Origin: Rhodospirillaceae bacterium | Lineage (GTDB): Bacteria; Pseudomonadota; Alphaproteobacteria; MPNO01; UBA2964 | Reading direction: 5' to 3' | Assembly: GCA_002709075.1 (NCBI GenBank) | Contig: PAPV01000002.1 | Coordinates: forward strand, 31,098-95,097 | Length of the DNA: 64,000 bases | Shown here: positions 52,958 through 63,349 of the stretch, in pieces | Layout: each line of letters opens with the position of its first letter | Numbering within the stretch: the stretch's first letter is position 1 | Notes under the pieces: model-generated | The model's database searches: none | The model's input: only the letters and a program-made list of their open reading frames with translations | Told to the model about the DNA's origin: nothing | Position numbers and translations under genes: made by a program

Positions 52958-53877
52958 TAATTTTTTTGTTGGAATGCACAATTGCAAATCAAGTTGTCTA
53001 GCTTAAATACCTCTACTACGGCCTTCCCCAGAATATTGTTTTTTCAGTGCTAAATATTTTTGCTTCTTCTACAATGTACCGGGGATACAAATCCCCAACT
53101 GCAAAAGGATAATCAAATCCATTATTAGTTGTTAAGACCCATAAAATCGGCAGAGAACTTCTAACGTCCGAATATCAAAAACTACGGTATCGTGAAGATA
53201 TTTTTCAAGAGCTGACTTCGGGTCTCCAAACTCTGGTTTGTAAGGATGATTTATATTCAAGAGCACTTGCAATAACGGTCAACGTTGACCACCATGTGAT
53301 AGAAAAAAACGATGCACCGCTATTTTTGAATGGGTCAAAAAAATAAGTCGTGCCGTTGCTGTAGTCGTATCTATTTCCCTTCCGATTGTATTTGTACGAT
53401 CAAAATCATTCATTCATGGGTTGCCGCAGCCGAACATCGGGCGAATTTAGATTGTAGCATTTTTCTCGGATGCCATTTTCGAGAATTTTGGATGCTAGTT
53501 AGCCCATTTGTAGCAGGCTGGAATATAGTGGGGCAAGGCGATATTTCGTCTCATAGGCTCTGGCGAGGTATTCATCAATGAAACGAGAGAAATACAGTCC
53601 CTTTTTCGGAAGAAGTTAATAGACAAAGCTGTCCAAAAAAAAGCGCAGACAATTATATTAATTTTTTCTAAATTTAGCTGATTTTGCCAAGTGTCATATT
53701 TTCTTAGTTTTGGCGTAGTTGTTTTACCTATGTGCTGCCCAAAAATACTTACTTCGAAATATTATCCTCGACAAGACAGTCAATATTTGGAAACCTTTTT
53801 TAGGAACTAGCAACCAGAGTCTCAAAAATCGGTTAGGGAGTATAATGAGAATGGATAGTAACGATCAATCGTTAAGG

Positions 53878-54603
53878 TCAGTTTTTCATTGCAGAGGCTG
53901 TATTTACCATTGAATGCAATGCTCTCGCATAATCTAATGCCCCTCTGTCATCCATGTACGGGGCAGAAGAGAGATATTCTTTCAGTCCAACTATAGCTGG
54001 TCGTTTACGGCTTAATAATATATTACAGAAATCTGAAACTTCGCTTTCTAAGTCTTTGTCTTCTGCTATCGTGCTAATAATACCATATGACATTGCTTGA
54101 TCCGCACTTATGAATTTGGCAGTGTAGGTCATCCATAAAATAGCATTTCTACTTATTCGGTTATACAGAGCAGACATTACCATAGTGGGCATAACATTAT
54201 GATTCATCTCTGGAATGTTGAATTGGGCGGAACGTGCAGCGATTGTCACGTCGCAAACTGCAGCTACGGCTGTTCCAAATCCCATGCATCTACCCTCTAT
54301 AACAGCCACAACTGGTATTTTGCAGTTTTTAATTGCACTGTAGCAATAGAAAATTGAGTCATATTCATCGCGACGGATGTAGGCCTCGGGGTCAGGAGGC
54401 CCTGCGTCGGCGTTTCTTACGCGTCCGGTGCAGAAATCAGGTCCACAGCTTCTCAAAAGAACCATATCTGCTGTTTCATGCGCTTTGGATATTTGGTAAG
54501 AAAACTCTGCTGCCATAGCGTCAGAACAAGCATTATCTTCAGAGCGGTTGAAAGTTGCTTCCAAAATACGCCCGTTACCATTAAACAAAATTTGATCAGT
54601 CAT
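53878..54603 (-). CDS. enoyl-CoA hydratase/isomerase (crotonase) family protein
   Basis: Crotonase fold with an oxyanion-hole region (VVAVIEGRCMGFGTAVA). Lies 5 nt downstream of the Mo-hydroxylase large subunit. Confidence 0.8.
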   Translation of the reverse strand: MTDQILFNGNGRILEATFNRSEDNACSDAMAAEFSYQISKAHETADMVLLRSCGPDFCTGRVRNADAGPPDPEAYIRRDEYDSIFYCYSAIKNCKIPVVAVIEGRCMGFGTAVAAVCDVTIAARSAQFNIPEMNHNVMPTMVMSALYNRISRNAILWMTYTAKFISADQAMSYGIISTIAEDKDLESEVSDFCNILLSRKRPAIVGLKEYLSSAPYMDDRGALDYARALHSMVNTASAMKN

Positions 54604-54608
54604 AAAAA

Positions 54609-57011
54609 TTATCCAATCTTAGTTTCTACATTGCCGTTTAGTAAAGCCTCAATATCGCGAACGCGCATAGGAAGTGTCTCAATTGATTTTCCAAGCGGTT
54701 CCAGAGCATCATTTACAGCGCTAGCGATTGCTGCCGGTGCTCCTAAATAACCAGACTCACCGGAACCTTTTTGTCCAAATTCGGTAAGAGGTGACGGGGT
54801 GAAATGTTTTATCATTCCCACGGATGGGATCTCATGAGATGAAGGTATTAAATAATCCATAAATGTACCAGCTTGTAATTGGCCACTATCATCATATTGA
54901 AATTTTTCGTAAAGCGCTGCACCTATTCCATGCGCGATCCCGCCGAATGTCATTCCACGCACAATATCGGGGTTGATGACGGTGCCGCAATCGTGCCCGA
55001 TATAGTAGTCGCAAATCTCAACCTGCCCTGTGTCGGGATCAATGCTCACCAATGGAACATGCGCTTCGAACGCGTAACAGGGATACATTTGCACGGTGCC
55101 ATCGTCCGCTGGCATTGCGCCACCAGTGGGAACTTCCCAGGTATGTTGTGCTTGAAGTCCTGGTTCGGTGCCAATTGGCATGTTGTGGTATTGTCGGTGG
55201 GCAATATCGACTAATTGTTCCCATGTTAAATGCCGTTCTCTATCTCCATCTACGAAAATATCACCACCATCATAAATTAAGCGGTCTTCAGGTAGTTGAA
55301 AATTATGAGCGGCAATTTTTAAAAGCTGCGCCTTAATTTTTTTTGCAGCTCCAGCCGCTGCACCCCCTAACATAATAGCCATTCTACTCCCAACAGGACT
55401 ATTAGAAGGAAGTGCGGTTACGGAATCAGCGTGTATTGCACGAATCGTATCTGGATCACGCTCTAGTACTTCTCCAATTGATACGGCTAGCAGCGTTTCA
55501 TGCCCTTGGCCAGAACTTGAAGTGCCCATCATCGCAGACACCCCTCCAAGCATGTCAATTTTGATTAAACAAGACTCCATCCAGGTTGTAGTGTTATTCT
55601 TGGGGTTAAAAAGTGGTTCGAAAGACGAATTTCCGCCAGAAGGTTCGAGGCATGTTGATAGGCCAATACCAGCCAGTTTTCCTTGTTTGCGGATAACATC
55701 GCGTTTAGTTACCAGTTGGTCCCAATTTGCTGATTCCATGAGTTTATCAAGCACTGTATGATAATCACCACTATCGTACTCTGAACCGGAAGGTATTCTC
55801 CATGGAAATTCGTGAGACTTTATTAAATTGCGTCGGCGAATTTCTTCGCGTCCGATCCCCATTTCTTTAGCAATTCGATCTACGACCGTTTCTATTGCAA
55901 AATTGGTTGGTGCTTGGCCAAAACCTCTCACCGCTTCTTGGCTGGTCTTATTAGTTGAAACCGAACGTGCATGATACTGTGCACTTTTAATTCTATAGGG
56001 TCCAACTATTGCGCTTACGGGCTTCCCTAATTGGAGTGGGGCTCTCCCCGGATAACAACCACAGTCATCGGTTGCAGTAATTTTTAGTGAGTGCATGATC
56101 CCGTCGTCATCATACGCTACCTCCATGTCAAAAATCCGGTCGGGCCCGTGCATTTCACCGCCTGCCATATTTTCTATTCTATCTTCAATAAACCTGACCG
56201 GACGTCTCAGCTTCCGGGTTAAGTAAGATACTATTACTGTTTGTCTTATTCCTCTTTTTAATCCGTAGGATCCGCCTACATCCACGTCAAAATGTACGTT
56301 GACGGAACTTGCTGGCAATTTCAACGCGCGTGCTATTTGTTCGGGATATTTGGGCATTTGAACAGAGGCCCAAATATCAAGCATCTCCCGTCCGTCATCC
56401 CAGCTAGCAGTCACCGCAAAGGTTTCAATTGGAATTGTTGAGCACCTTGACCATCTTGCCCTAAGAGAGAGTGAATGTGGAGCCTTGCTAAAATCACCAT
56501 CAACATCTCCCCAAACCCACTGTTTATCAAAAAATATATTATCCCCTTTTTCTGGATGAACTAACGGAGCATCAGGTTTCATAGCAATTTCGGGGTCTAT
56601 TACGAAATCGAGCATATCATAATCCACCATCACAAGTTCTGCTGCATCTTCAGCAATATGACGGGTGTCCGCCACCACAGCTGCCACCCATTCGCCAGCA
56701 TACCGTGCTCTTCCTGATGCAAGAGGTAATCGCTTAACATCTGGCAGATCTAATCCTGATAAAAGTGGACTGATGTTTTCTGCTAATTCTGCTCCTGTTA
56801 AAACGTAGTGAACTCCATCTACCGCAATGGCCTGATCTACATTAATAGATTTTATTTTAGCGCAAGCGAAAGGTGACGAGACCATTGCAACGTGTAACAT
56901 ACCAGACAGCTTTAAATCCGCCGCGAATCGCCCCCTACCAGTAATGAATCGACGGTTTTCTTTTACTCTGCGCTTTTTCGATATGTACCGGAACGCGGAC
57001 TTTTTATTCAT
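54609..57011 (-). CDS. xanthine-dehydrogenase-family molybdopterin-binding large subunit
   Basis: Aldehyde-oxidase/XDH a/b-hammerhead plus MoCo domains. Carries the GGSYG and AVRGFGQAP (RGFG-type) motifs and lacks the AYRCSFR/AYRGAGR CO-dehydrogenase motifs. The ATG at 57011 forms an ATGA overlap with the 2Fe-2S subunit stop (checked in the sequence). Confidence 0.85.
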   Translation of the reverse strand: MNKKSAFRYISKKRRVKENRRFITGRGRFAADLKLSGMLHVAMVSSPFACAKIKSINVDQAIAVDGVHYVLTGAELAENISPLLSGLDLPDVKRLPLASGRARYAGEWVAAVVADTRHIAEDAAELVMVDYDMLDFVIDPEIAMKPDAPLVHPEKGDNIFFDKQWVWGDVDGDFSKAPHSLSLRARWSRCSTIPIETFAVTASWDDGREMLDIWASVQMPKYPEQIARALKLPASSVNVHFDVDVGGSYGLKRGIRQTVIVSYLTRKLRRPVRFIEDRIENMAGGEMHGPDRIFDMEVAYDDDGIMHSLKITATDDCGCYPGRAPLQLGKPVSAIVGPYRIKSAQYHARSVSTNKTSQEAVRGFGQAPTNFAIETVVDRIAKEMGIGREEIRRRNLIKSHEFPWRIPSGSEYDSGDYHTVLDKLMESANWDQLVTKRDVIRKQGKLAGIGLSTCLEPSGGNSSFEPLFNPKNNTTTWMESCLIKIDMLGGVSAMMGTSSSGQGHETLLAVSIGEVLERDPDTIRAIHADSVTALPSNSPVGSRMAIMLGGAAAGAAKKIKAQLLKIAAHNFQLPEDRLIYDGGDIFVDGDRERHLTWEQLVDIAHRQYHNMPIGTEPGLQAQHTWEVPTGGAMPADDGTVQMYPCYAFEAHVPLVSIDPDTGQVEICDYYIGHDCGTVINPDIVRGMTFGGIAHGIGAALYEKFQYDDSGQLQAGTFMDYLIPSSHEIPSVGMIKHFTPSPLTEFGQKGSGESGYLGAPAAIASAVNDALEPLGKSIETLPMRVRDIEALLNGNVETKIG

Positions 57012-57493
57012 ACACAATTGTCCTTAATTTTTTTAGCAGCCATTTGAACTGCCTCCACAATTTGTTGGTATCCTGTGCAACGGCATAAATTACCTCCAAT
57101 TGCGTCTCTAATTTCTGATTCTGACGGAGAAGGGTTTTCTTGTAAAAGTTGATGGGTTGCTATAAGCATACCCGGCGTACAATAGCCGCACTGCATTGCG
57201 TGATTTTCCCAAAATGCATCCTGCAGGGGTGATAAAGAACCATCATCTTCTTCCAATCCTTCAACCGTTATAACATCATGTCCATCTGCCATCACAGCAT
57301 ATATGAGGCAGGACCTAATTGGTTTTCCATCGAAAATAACCGAACATGCACCACAAACACCATGTTCGCATCCCACATGTGTTCCGGTCAAGTCGAGGAC
57401 GTCCCTCAAAAAGTCCACAAGTGTCATACGAGCTTCAGCATTCTCTGCATACTTTGCTCCATTGACTGTTAAAGATACCTTGTGACAGCTCAT
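57008..57493 (-). CDS. (2Fe-2S)-binding small subunit of molybdenum hydroxylase
   Basis: Two [2Fe-2S] motifs: GCEHGVCGACSV and CGYCTPGM. The ATG at 57493 forms an ATGA overlap with the FAD subunit stop. Confidence 0.85.
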   Translation of the reverse strand: MSCHKVSLTVNGAKYAENAEARMTLVDFLRDVLDLTGTHVGCEHGVCGACSVIFDGKPIRSCLIYAVMADGHDVITVEGLEEDDGSLSPLQDAFWENHAMQCGYCTPGMLIATHQLLQENPSPSESEIRDAIGGNLCRCTGYQQIVEAVQMAAKKIKDNCV

Positions 57494-58371
57494 ACAAGGC
57501 TTCCTTTCGCGCGCTCCCGTGCATCTTTTAATGCGCGACCCACAAGCACGCAAGCCACTCTCCTACGGTAATCAGCATCAGCGTGCACATCTGCCTGTGG
57601 CTCTAGCATTTCAGGGATTTTTTCCATTGCCGTTTTTATCTCGGTATCTGACAAATCACTTCCCATCAGTTGCTCTTCGGTCTCGCTAATTCGAGTGGGT
57701 ATTTCCGTCGCACCGCCGATCACGATGCTGATTGATCTGCATTGACCTGAACTATCCAGGGATAGTTGTGCAGCTGCGGAAGCTAGCGCATAGTCGCTAG
57801 CTCTTATACTGGTTTCATGAAACCCGAACCCAGTTCTCACGGAAGACCAAATTGGAAAACAAACTTGAGTGAGACATTCATCTGCGTCAAGATTTGTAAT
57901 CATAGCCGAGCTAAAGAAATTAGCGGCCTTAATGACTCGTTCACCCCTTACACTATGCACCGTCATTTCTGCATCGAGAAGACGGGCTATAAGTGAGATT
58001 TCCGCTGATGGATCTGCATTAACTAGACTACCACCAACAGTACCTCTGTTCCGTGTTTGCGTATGCCCAACATGGGAAAGTGCATCAGATAAAATGGGAA
58101 GAGACCTACGAACATCAACAGATTCTAATACTTCTGATTGTCGTGTGCAGGCTTTGATAATCACACTCTTCTTGGTTATCTCGATACCTTTAAGCTCTTC
58201 TACATCGTTAATGTCTATTAGCGTATTCGGACGAGCCATTCGCATAGCCATTAAGGGAACAAGAGTTTGTCCCCCCGCGATGATTCTTGCTTCACCTGCT
58301 TGTTGTGACAAAAACAGACAAATCTCATCGAGTGATTTTGCCTTAACGTAGTCGAATTCTGCTGCTTTCAT
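57490..58371 (-). CDS. FAD-binding (CoxM/XdhB-like) medium subunit of molybdenum hydroxylase
   Basis: FAD_binding_5-type domain (AGGQTLVPLM…) with a CO_deh_flav_C-like C-terminus. Confidence 0.8.
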   Translation of the reverse strand: MKAAEFDYVKAKSLDEICLFLSQQAGEARIIAGGQTLVPLMAMRMARPNTLIDINDVEELKGIEITKKSVIIKACTRQSEVLESVDVRRSLPILSDALSHVGHTQTRNRGTVGGSLVNADPSAEISLIARLLDAEMTVHSVRGERVIKAANFFSSAMITNLDADECLTQVCFPIWSSVRTGFGFHETSIRASDYALASAAAQLSLDSSGQCRSISIVIGGATEIPTRISETEEQLMGSDLSDTEIKTAMEKIPEMLEPQADVHADADYRRRVACVLVGRALKDARERAKGSLV

Positions 58372-58498
58372 TGCTGCGTTACCATGACCCTATCATTTTA
58401 TTAACCAATTACCGGAAGGTATGAAGCGCCTCAGGGGTTGTCAACTTTTTGAGCCGTGCCATAAAACAAATCCATGGTAAAACTTAGGGCGTAATTAT

Positions 58499-60151
58499 AT
58501 GAGCAATAGCAAACAAAGTTATCCTGATCTCCATGATCATATACGGTCTTTGGACGATGCTGGACTTCTAGTAACAGTTGATGATCCAGTAGATAAAGAT
58601 TCTGAGATGCACGCGTTGGTTCGTTGGCAGTTTGTAGGTGGACTGAAGGAAACAGAACGCAAGGCTTTTCTGTTTCGGAATATAAAGAACGCTCAAGGAC
58701 GTTCTTACAGTTTACCAATTGTAGTTGGTGCTTTGGCAGCTAGTCAGGATATTTATAGCATTGGCATGGGGGTACCAGTCGATGAAATTGGGGCTAAGTG
58801 GGAAAATGCAATTGCAAATCCTATATCTCCCAAGAAAATCAATTCCCCTGCATGCCAGGAGATTGTTATCGAGGGTAAGGATTTGCATGGCGCAGGAAAT
58901 GGAATTGATGCTTTACCTATCCCTGTGTCCACCCCAGGGTTCGATAACGCACCAACGCTAACTTCTACTAACGTCATAACAAGAGATCCTGAGAATGGCA
59001 CCCAGAATATGGGGACTTATCGCGCTGCTTTAAAGGCATCCGATCGCTTGGTGGTGAGGATGGCAACAAGGGTTGGTGGAGCTGGTGGTTATCAACATTA
59101 CAAGAAGTATCAAGAACGTGGCGATAAAGAAATGCCTGTTGCGATAGTGGTTGGATGTCCACCTTGTGTAGCTTTTATGGGCCCCCAGAAACTCCCGATG
59201 GACATGGACGAAATGGCAGTTGCCGGGGGGTTGGCTGGTGTCCCAGTCAACATGGCAAATGCTTATTCAGTGGATTTATTGGTTCCAGCAGAGGCGGAAT
59301 TGGTAATTGAAGGTTTTGTGGATACAGAAATTGTTGAACCGGAAGGCCCATTTGGTGAAAGCCATGGGCACGTTGCCTTGGAAGAATTCAACATGCCCAT
59401 GAGGGTGACCGCAATTACGCGCAGACATGATGCTGTGCTCACATCATACATAAGTCAGGCTGCACCCTCTGAGTCTAGCGTAATTAAGCGTGTGGCATAC
59501 GAACCCCTATTCCTAACACATCTTCGTGATGCATTGGGAATAAAGGGTGTTAAAAAAGTATCTTTGCATGAACCGCTTACTGGGCTTCTTCGAGTAACTA
59601 TTATTACCGTTCAAAGTAATACTCCGTCGACAGAAATTTGGAGGGCTCTCTATGGCGCAGCTTACTTTAAAGGTGATTGCAGTAAAATTTGTATCGCAGT
59701 TAATGATGACATAGATCCTGACAATTCTGATGCGATGTTCTGGGCGATGGCATATCGTATGAATCCTGTTAATGATGTGCAAACACTTGCACATCGAGGG
59801 CAGGGTCATGGACCAAAGCGAGAGCATACCGGCGAGGAGGATTCAACACTTTTGATGGATGCTACAATGAAAAGTTTTATGCCTCCCGTTGCACTTCCTA
59901 CAAGAGAATATATGGAAAAAGGCCTAGTGCTATGGAATAAACTCAATTTACCACCCGTACGGCCTACACCACCGTGGTTTGGCTACTCTTTGGGTGATTG
60001 GAATTCAGTATGGGAAGCAGGAGCTAAGCGTGCTGCTGAGGGGGGATACCTGGAGAATGGCCGTTTGTCGCAGCAGCGCCAGCAACAAAGTTTACCGCCA
60101 GAAACATCTGTACGAGAGGTGGAAGAAGGATGGGAAGGTGTTGACGATTAA
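58499..60151 (+). CDS. UbiD-family (prFMN-dependent) carboxy-lyase
   Basis: UbiD fold is recognisable over ~480 aa, including the N-terminal motif LLVTVDDPVDKDSEMHALVR. The last ~60 aa form a Gln/Glu-rich tail not typical of UbiD. Confidence 0.85.
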   Translation: MSNSKQSYPDLHDHIRSLDDAGLLVTVDDPVDKDSEMHALVRWQFVGGLKETERKAFLFRNIKNAQGRSYSLPIVVGALAASQDIYSIGMGVPVDEIGAKWENAIANPISPKKINSPACQEIVIEGKDLHGAGNGIDALPIPVSTPGFDNAPTLTSTNVITRDPENGTQNMGTYRAALKASDRLVVRMATRVGGAGGYQHYKKYQERGDKEMPVAIVVGCPPCVAFMGPQKLPMDMDEMAVAGGLAGVPVNMANAYSVDLLVPAEAELVIEGFVDTEIVEPEGPFGESHGHVALEEFNMPMRVTAITRRHDAVLTSYISQAAPSESSVIKRVAYEPLFLTHLRDALGIKGVKKVSLHEPLTGLLRVTIITVQSNTPSTEIWRALYGAAYFKGDCSKICIAVNDDIDPDNSDAMFWAMAYRMNPVNDVQTLAHRGQGHGPKREHTGEEDSTLLMDATMKSFMPPVALPTREYMEKGLVLWNKLNLPPVRPTPPWFGYSLGDWNSVWEAGAKRAAEGGYLENGRLSQQRQQQSLPPETSVREVEEGWEGVDD

Positions 60152-60289
60152 TCCTTACCTGTTAATAACTTAAAAATTATGCTTGATGGGAGAGATACCT
60201 TTAGGCAGTATGCGGCTTTTCGAGAGATAGCAGTTTTTAATTGTTGCTCTTGTGGCTTGTTTAATTCGACAACGATCAGGGAGAGAAAG

Positions 60290-61330
60290 ATGAGATTAGT
60301 AAAAGCTGGTGTTGGAGCACTTGCTGTCGCAGCCACCCTCGGCGCTACACAAGCGGTTGCCCAGACCAAAAATCTTACAATGGTAACTGCGCTGCAGCGA
60401 ACCAATGTTCTTGCACGTAGTGCTATTGAAGTGTTCATTCCAGAAATGAATAAACGTGGTAAAGGATTGATTAAAGTTAACTATGTAGGTGGACAAGAGG
60501 TTGTTCCTCCAAGAAAAGCAGCAGCGGCTCTAAAACGTAACCAATTTAACATTCTATCTGCTCCTACTGCTTATTATATAGGTACAGTACCCGAAGGTTT
60601 TGCGCTTCTGGCTGCTAACCAAGGACCAAAGGTTCTTCGAAAGAATGGTGCGTGGGAGAAGCTTCAGGGAATATATAGCAAAAAGGCCGGCGGTCATTTG
60701 TTAGCTTGGGGTGAAAACATGACCTCATATTACATGTACTTAACCAAAATGCCGCCTATGGATGCAAACGGGTTACCTAATTTAAAGGGTTTCAAAATGC
60801 GCGCCACTGGCACATACCGTCCTTTATTCCGTGCCCTTGGAGCCACAACAATTGGAATCAAATCTTCTGAAATCTTCACAGCTGTTCAGCGGGGAACTAT
60901 CGATGGTTTCGGCTGGACGGATGTTTCTGCTGTAGCACTCGGATTTCATAAACTGGTAAAATACCGTGTTCAGCCTAATTTCTATCAAACAAATCAGGTT
61001 ATCACAGTAAATGAGGGTGTTTGGAAAAGCCTGAATAAAAAACAGCGTGACGTGATGACGGATGTGGGTATTTGGTATGAAACCGCCTCAGTAAAGTTCG
61101 TTGAGAAGGAACGGCAAAGAGAAGAGGCTGTGATTGCAAAGTCAATGATGAAAGACATCAATCTCAGCAAAGAGGCATCCGCTAAATATTTAAGTCTTGC
61201 CCATGGTGAGATTTGGAAACAGCTTAAGAAGAAGTCAAAAAATGCCGATATGCTTCGGAAATTAATGTACGTAGATGGTAAAGCGAACCGACAAGTGGAC
61301 ACTGGTCGAAAGTTAGATGAAAAGCGGTAA
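60290..61330 (+). CDS. dctP: TRAP transporter substrate-binding protein (DctP family)
   Basis: Signal peptide (…AATLGATQAVAQ) and a DctP-family fold. The ATG at 60290 follows a GGGAGAGAAAG RBS; the upstream part of the listed ORF is non-coding. Confidence 0.85.
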   Translation: MRLVKAGVGALAVAATLGATQAVAQTKNLTMVTALQRTNVLARSAIEVFIPEMNKRGKGLIKVNYVGGQEVVPPRKAAAALKRNQFNILSAPTAYYIGTVPEGFALLAANQGPKVLRKNGAWEKLQGIYSKKAGGHLLAWGENMTSYYMYLTKMPPMDANGLPNLKGFKMRATGTYRPLFRALGATTIGIKSSEIFTAVQRGTIDGFGWTDVSAVALGFHKLVKYRVQPNFYQTNQVITVNEGVWKSLNKKQRDVMTDVGIWYETASVKFVEKERQREEAVIAKSMMKDINLSKEASAKYLSLAHGEIWKQLKKKSKNADMLRKLMYVDGKANRQVDTGRKLDEKR

Positions 61331-61357
61331 ATAGTCCTTAAGCAAAACATCAAAAGA

Positions 61358-61389
61358 ACGGCACCGGTAATTCTGGTGCCGTTTTTTTT
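61358..61389 (+). terminator. rho-independent terminator (intra-operon attenuator) after dctP
   Basis: ACGGCACC-ggtaattct-GGTGCCGT stem followed by a T8 run. Confidence 0.8.
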
Positions 61390-61514
61390 AGCTCTTTTTG
61401 TTTTTTTCGCCACAATTATTTGACTTCAATTAATAGACTGGACAATATAGGTCCTATTATAAAAGCCGTTAGTTCGGATGAATGAAAATAGGGTAGGCGA
61501 CTTGGGAGGGAGGC

Positions 61515-62033
61515 TTGCTGAAAAACTTTGATAGAGGTCTTGGGATTCTTACAACTGGTTGTAGTTGGATAGCGGCTGCAATTATTCCGTGTATATTTGT
61601 AGGCATTACTATAGATGTAAGTATCAGGTTATCGGGCAACAATCCGCCATTATTTACTTCAACATTCGTTGAATACGGTTTACTTTACATGACTGTTTTA
61701 GCAGCGCCGTGGTTGGTGCGTGAACGTGGACATGTTGTGATTGAAGCTCTTATAACCGCTCTACCTAACACAGTAAGAAAGCCTTTGGCTAAATTTGTTT
61801 ATTTGCTTTGCACGCTGATGGCGTTTCTTTTTGCATACTTGTGCTTGGGAATTTTTATTGATTACTGGATTGGCGGTGAGGAGGATGTTAGAGGAGTTGA
61901 TATGCCCTATTGGTCTCAATTTTTGCCTCTTCCATTTTGCTTTGCTCTGGTAGGGCTTGAATTTTTGATCTATTTTTTAGGAGTGCGTTCTTACTATTCT
62001 TATGATCTTGGTGAAGTAAAGGATGGCGTTTGA
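61515..62033 (+). CDS. dctQ: TRAP transporter small permease (DctQ family)
   Basis: Four TM helices and ~170 aa, positioned between dctP and dctM. TTG start. Confidence 0.7.
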   Translation: MLKNFDRGLGILTTGCSWIAAAIIPCIFVGITIDVSIRLSGNNPPLFTSTFVEYGLLYMTVLAAPWLVRERGHVVIEALITALPNTVRKPLAKFVYLLCTLMAFLFAYLCLGIFIDYWIGGEEDVRGVDMPYWSQFLPLPFCFALVGLEFLIYFLGVRSYYSYDLGEVKDGV

Positions 62034-63349
62034 TCATGGGTATGGAGTGGTATGAGGCTGGGGGTCTTCTTCTGGGTTGCATCATTACCGGGATGGCTCT
62101 CGGAGTGCCTGTTGCTTTTACGTTCATGGCGACAAATATCGTGGGTATATTTGTTTTTTCAGGCGGATGGCCGGTTCTGCCTCAAATCGCAGACAACGCG
62201 ACTAGTTTAATTACAACCTTTACTCTTTCACCAATCCCTATGTTTATCCTAATGGGGTCATTGTTTTTTCATACAGGTTTGGCGATTAAGGTATTTGACG
62301 CCCTTGATAACCTACTCGGAAAAATTCCAGGTCGATTATGTTATTTGACGGTTATTGGTGGATCTCTTTTTTCAACATTAACTGGTTCTACTATGGCAAA
62401 TACCGCTATGCTTGGATCATTGTTGGTGCCGGAAATGACCAGGAGAGGTTATAGTAAAAAAATGTCGATGGGACCAATTCTCGGCACAGGTGGATTGGCC
62501 ATGATAATTCCTCCATCATCACTGGGAGTTTTGTTGGCAAGTATTGCTAATGTTGATGTTGGCAGGCTATTGATTGCAGGAATATTGCCTGGATTACTTT
62601 TAGCTACATTATATGCGAGCATGATTACCTTTCAGCTTTGGCGAAATCCGGAATCAGCTCCCTCTTATGACGTAGAACCGACAACTTTTGCGCAAAAGCT
62701 GTATCAAATTTTCGTCAATATTCTTCCGATGGGTTTTGTGGTTTTTCTGGTAATCGGATTTATTGTGCTTGGTTGGGCTACGCCGTCGGAGTCCGCCTCT
62801 TTTGGTGTTGTGGGTGTTTTCATTCTTGCTGCAGCGCGGAGAATGTTAACATGGGGTACCTTTACTAAATCCTTAGAAGGCACAATCCGTGTTGCGGCAA
62901 TGGTGTTTTTTATTTTGATGAATTCCACAGTTTTCAGTCAGTTGCTCTCAATTTCAGGGGCCGGGCGCGGATTGGTTAACTGGGCAACTGGTTTTGATGT
63001 GTCGCCTCTAATAATACTAAGTTGTATGTTTCTTGTTTTGATACTGCTTGGTATGTTTATGGATCAAGTCTCCATGATGCTTATCACAGTACCTATTTTT
63101 TATCCTCTTGCTGCCGCGCTTGGGTATGACCTTATATGGTTTTCCTTAATTGTATTGCTCGCCCTCGAAATGAGTGCAACTACACCACCTTTTGGTTTAC
63201 TGTTATTCATAATGCTTGGGATGGTCAGAGGCACAACGCTTTTTGAAGTTGCTGCTGCGGCGATACCATTTTTATTTTGCGATTTAATATTAGTTATCAT
63301 TCTGGTTATTGTTCCAGGCTTAGCATTGTATTTGCCTAGTCTCATGTGA
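62030..63349 (+). CDS. dctM: TRAP transporter large permease (DctM family)
   Basis: 12+ TM helices in the DctM family. 4-nt overlap with dctQ. Confidence 0.85.
   Translation: MIMGMEWYEAGGLLLGCIITGMALGVPVAFTFMATNIVGIFVFSGGWPVLPQIADNATSLITTFTLSPIPMFILMGSLFFHTGLAIKVFDALDNLLGKIPGRLCYLTVIGGSLFSTLTGSTMANTAMLGSLLVPEMTRRGYSKKMSMGPILGTGGLAMIIPPSSLGVLLASIANVDVGRLLIAGILPGLLLATLYASMITFQLWRNPESAPSYDVEPTTFAQKLYQIFVNILPMGFVVFLVIGFIVLGWATPSESASFGVVGVFILAAARRMLTWGTFTKSLEGTIRVAAMVFFILMNSTVFSQLLSISGAGRGLVNWATGFDVSPLIILSCMFLVLILLGMFMDQVSMMLITVPIFYPLAAALGYDLIWFSLIVLLALEMSATTPPFGLLLFIMLGMVRGTTLFEVAAAAIPFLFCDLILVIILVIVPGLALYLPSLM

Noticed and set aside
53330-53581. 83-aa Cys-rich plus-strand ORF in the znuB-crotonase gap
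   Set aside because: Composition (CRCC, DCIC) is unlike real proteins, there is no RBS, and the reverse strand carries decayed protein-like frames. Treated as part of a degraded region, not a gene.
53859-53874. TAACGAT-ca-ATCGTTA palindrome just 3' of the crotonase stop
   Set aside because: A perfect 7-bp inverted repeat, but the 2-nt loop and the absence of a U-run make a terminator unlikely. No evidence for a binding protein. Recorded only.
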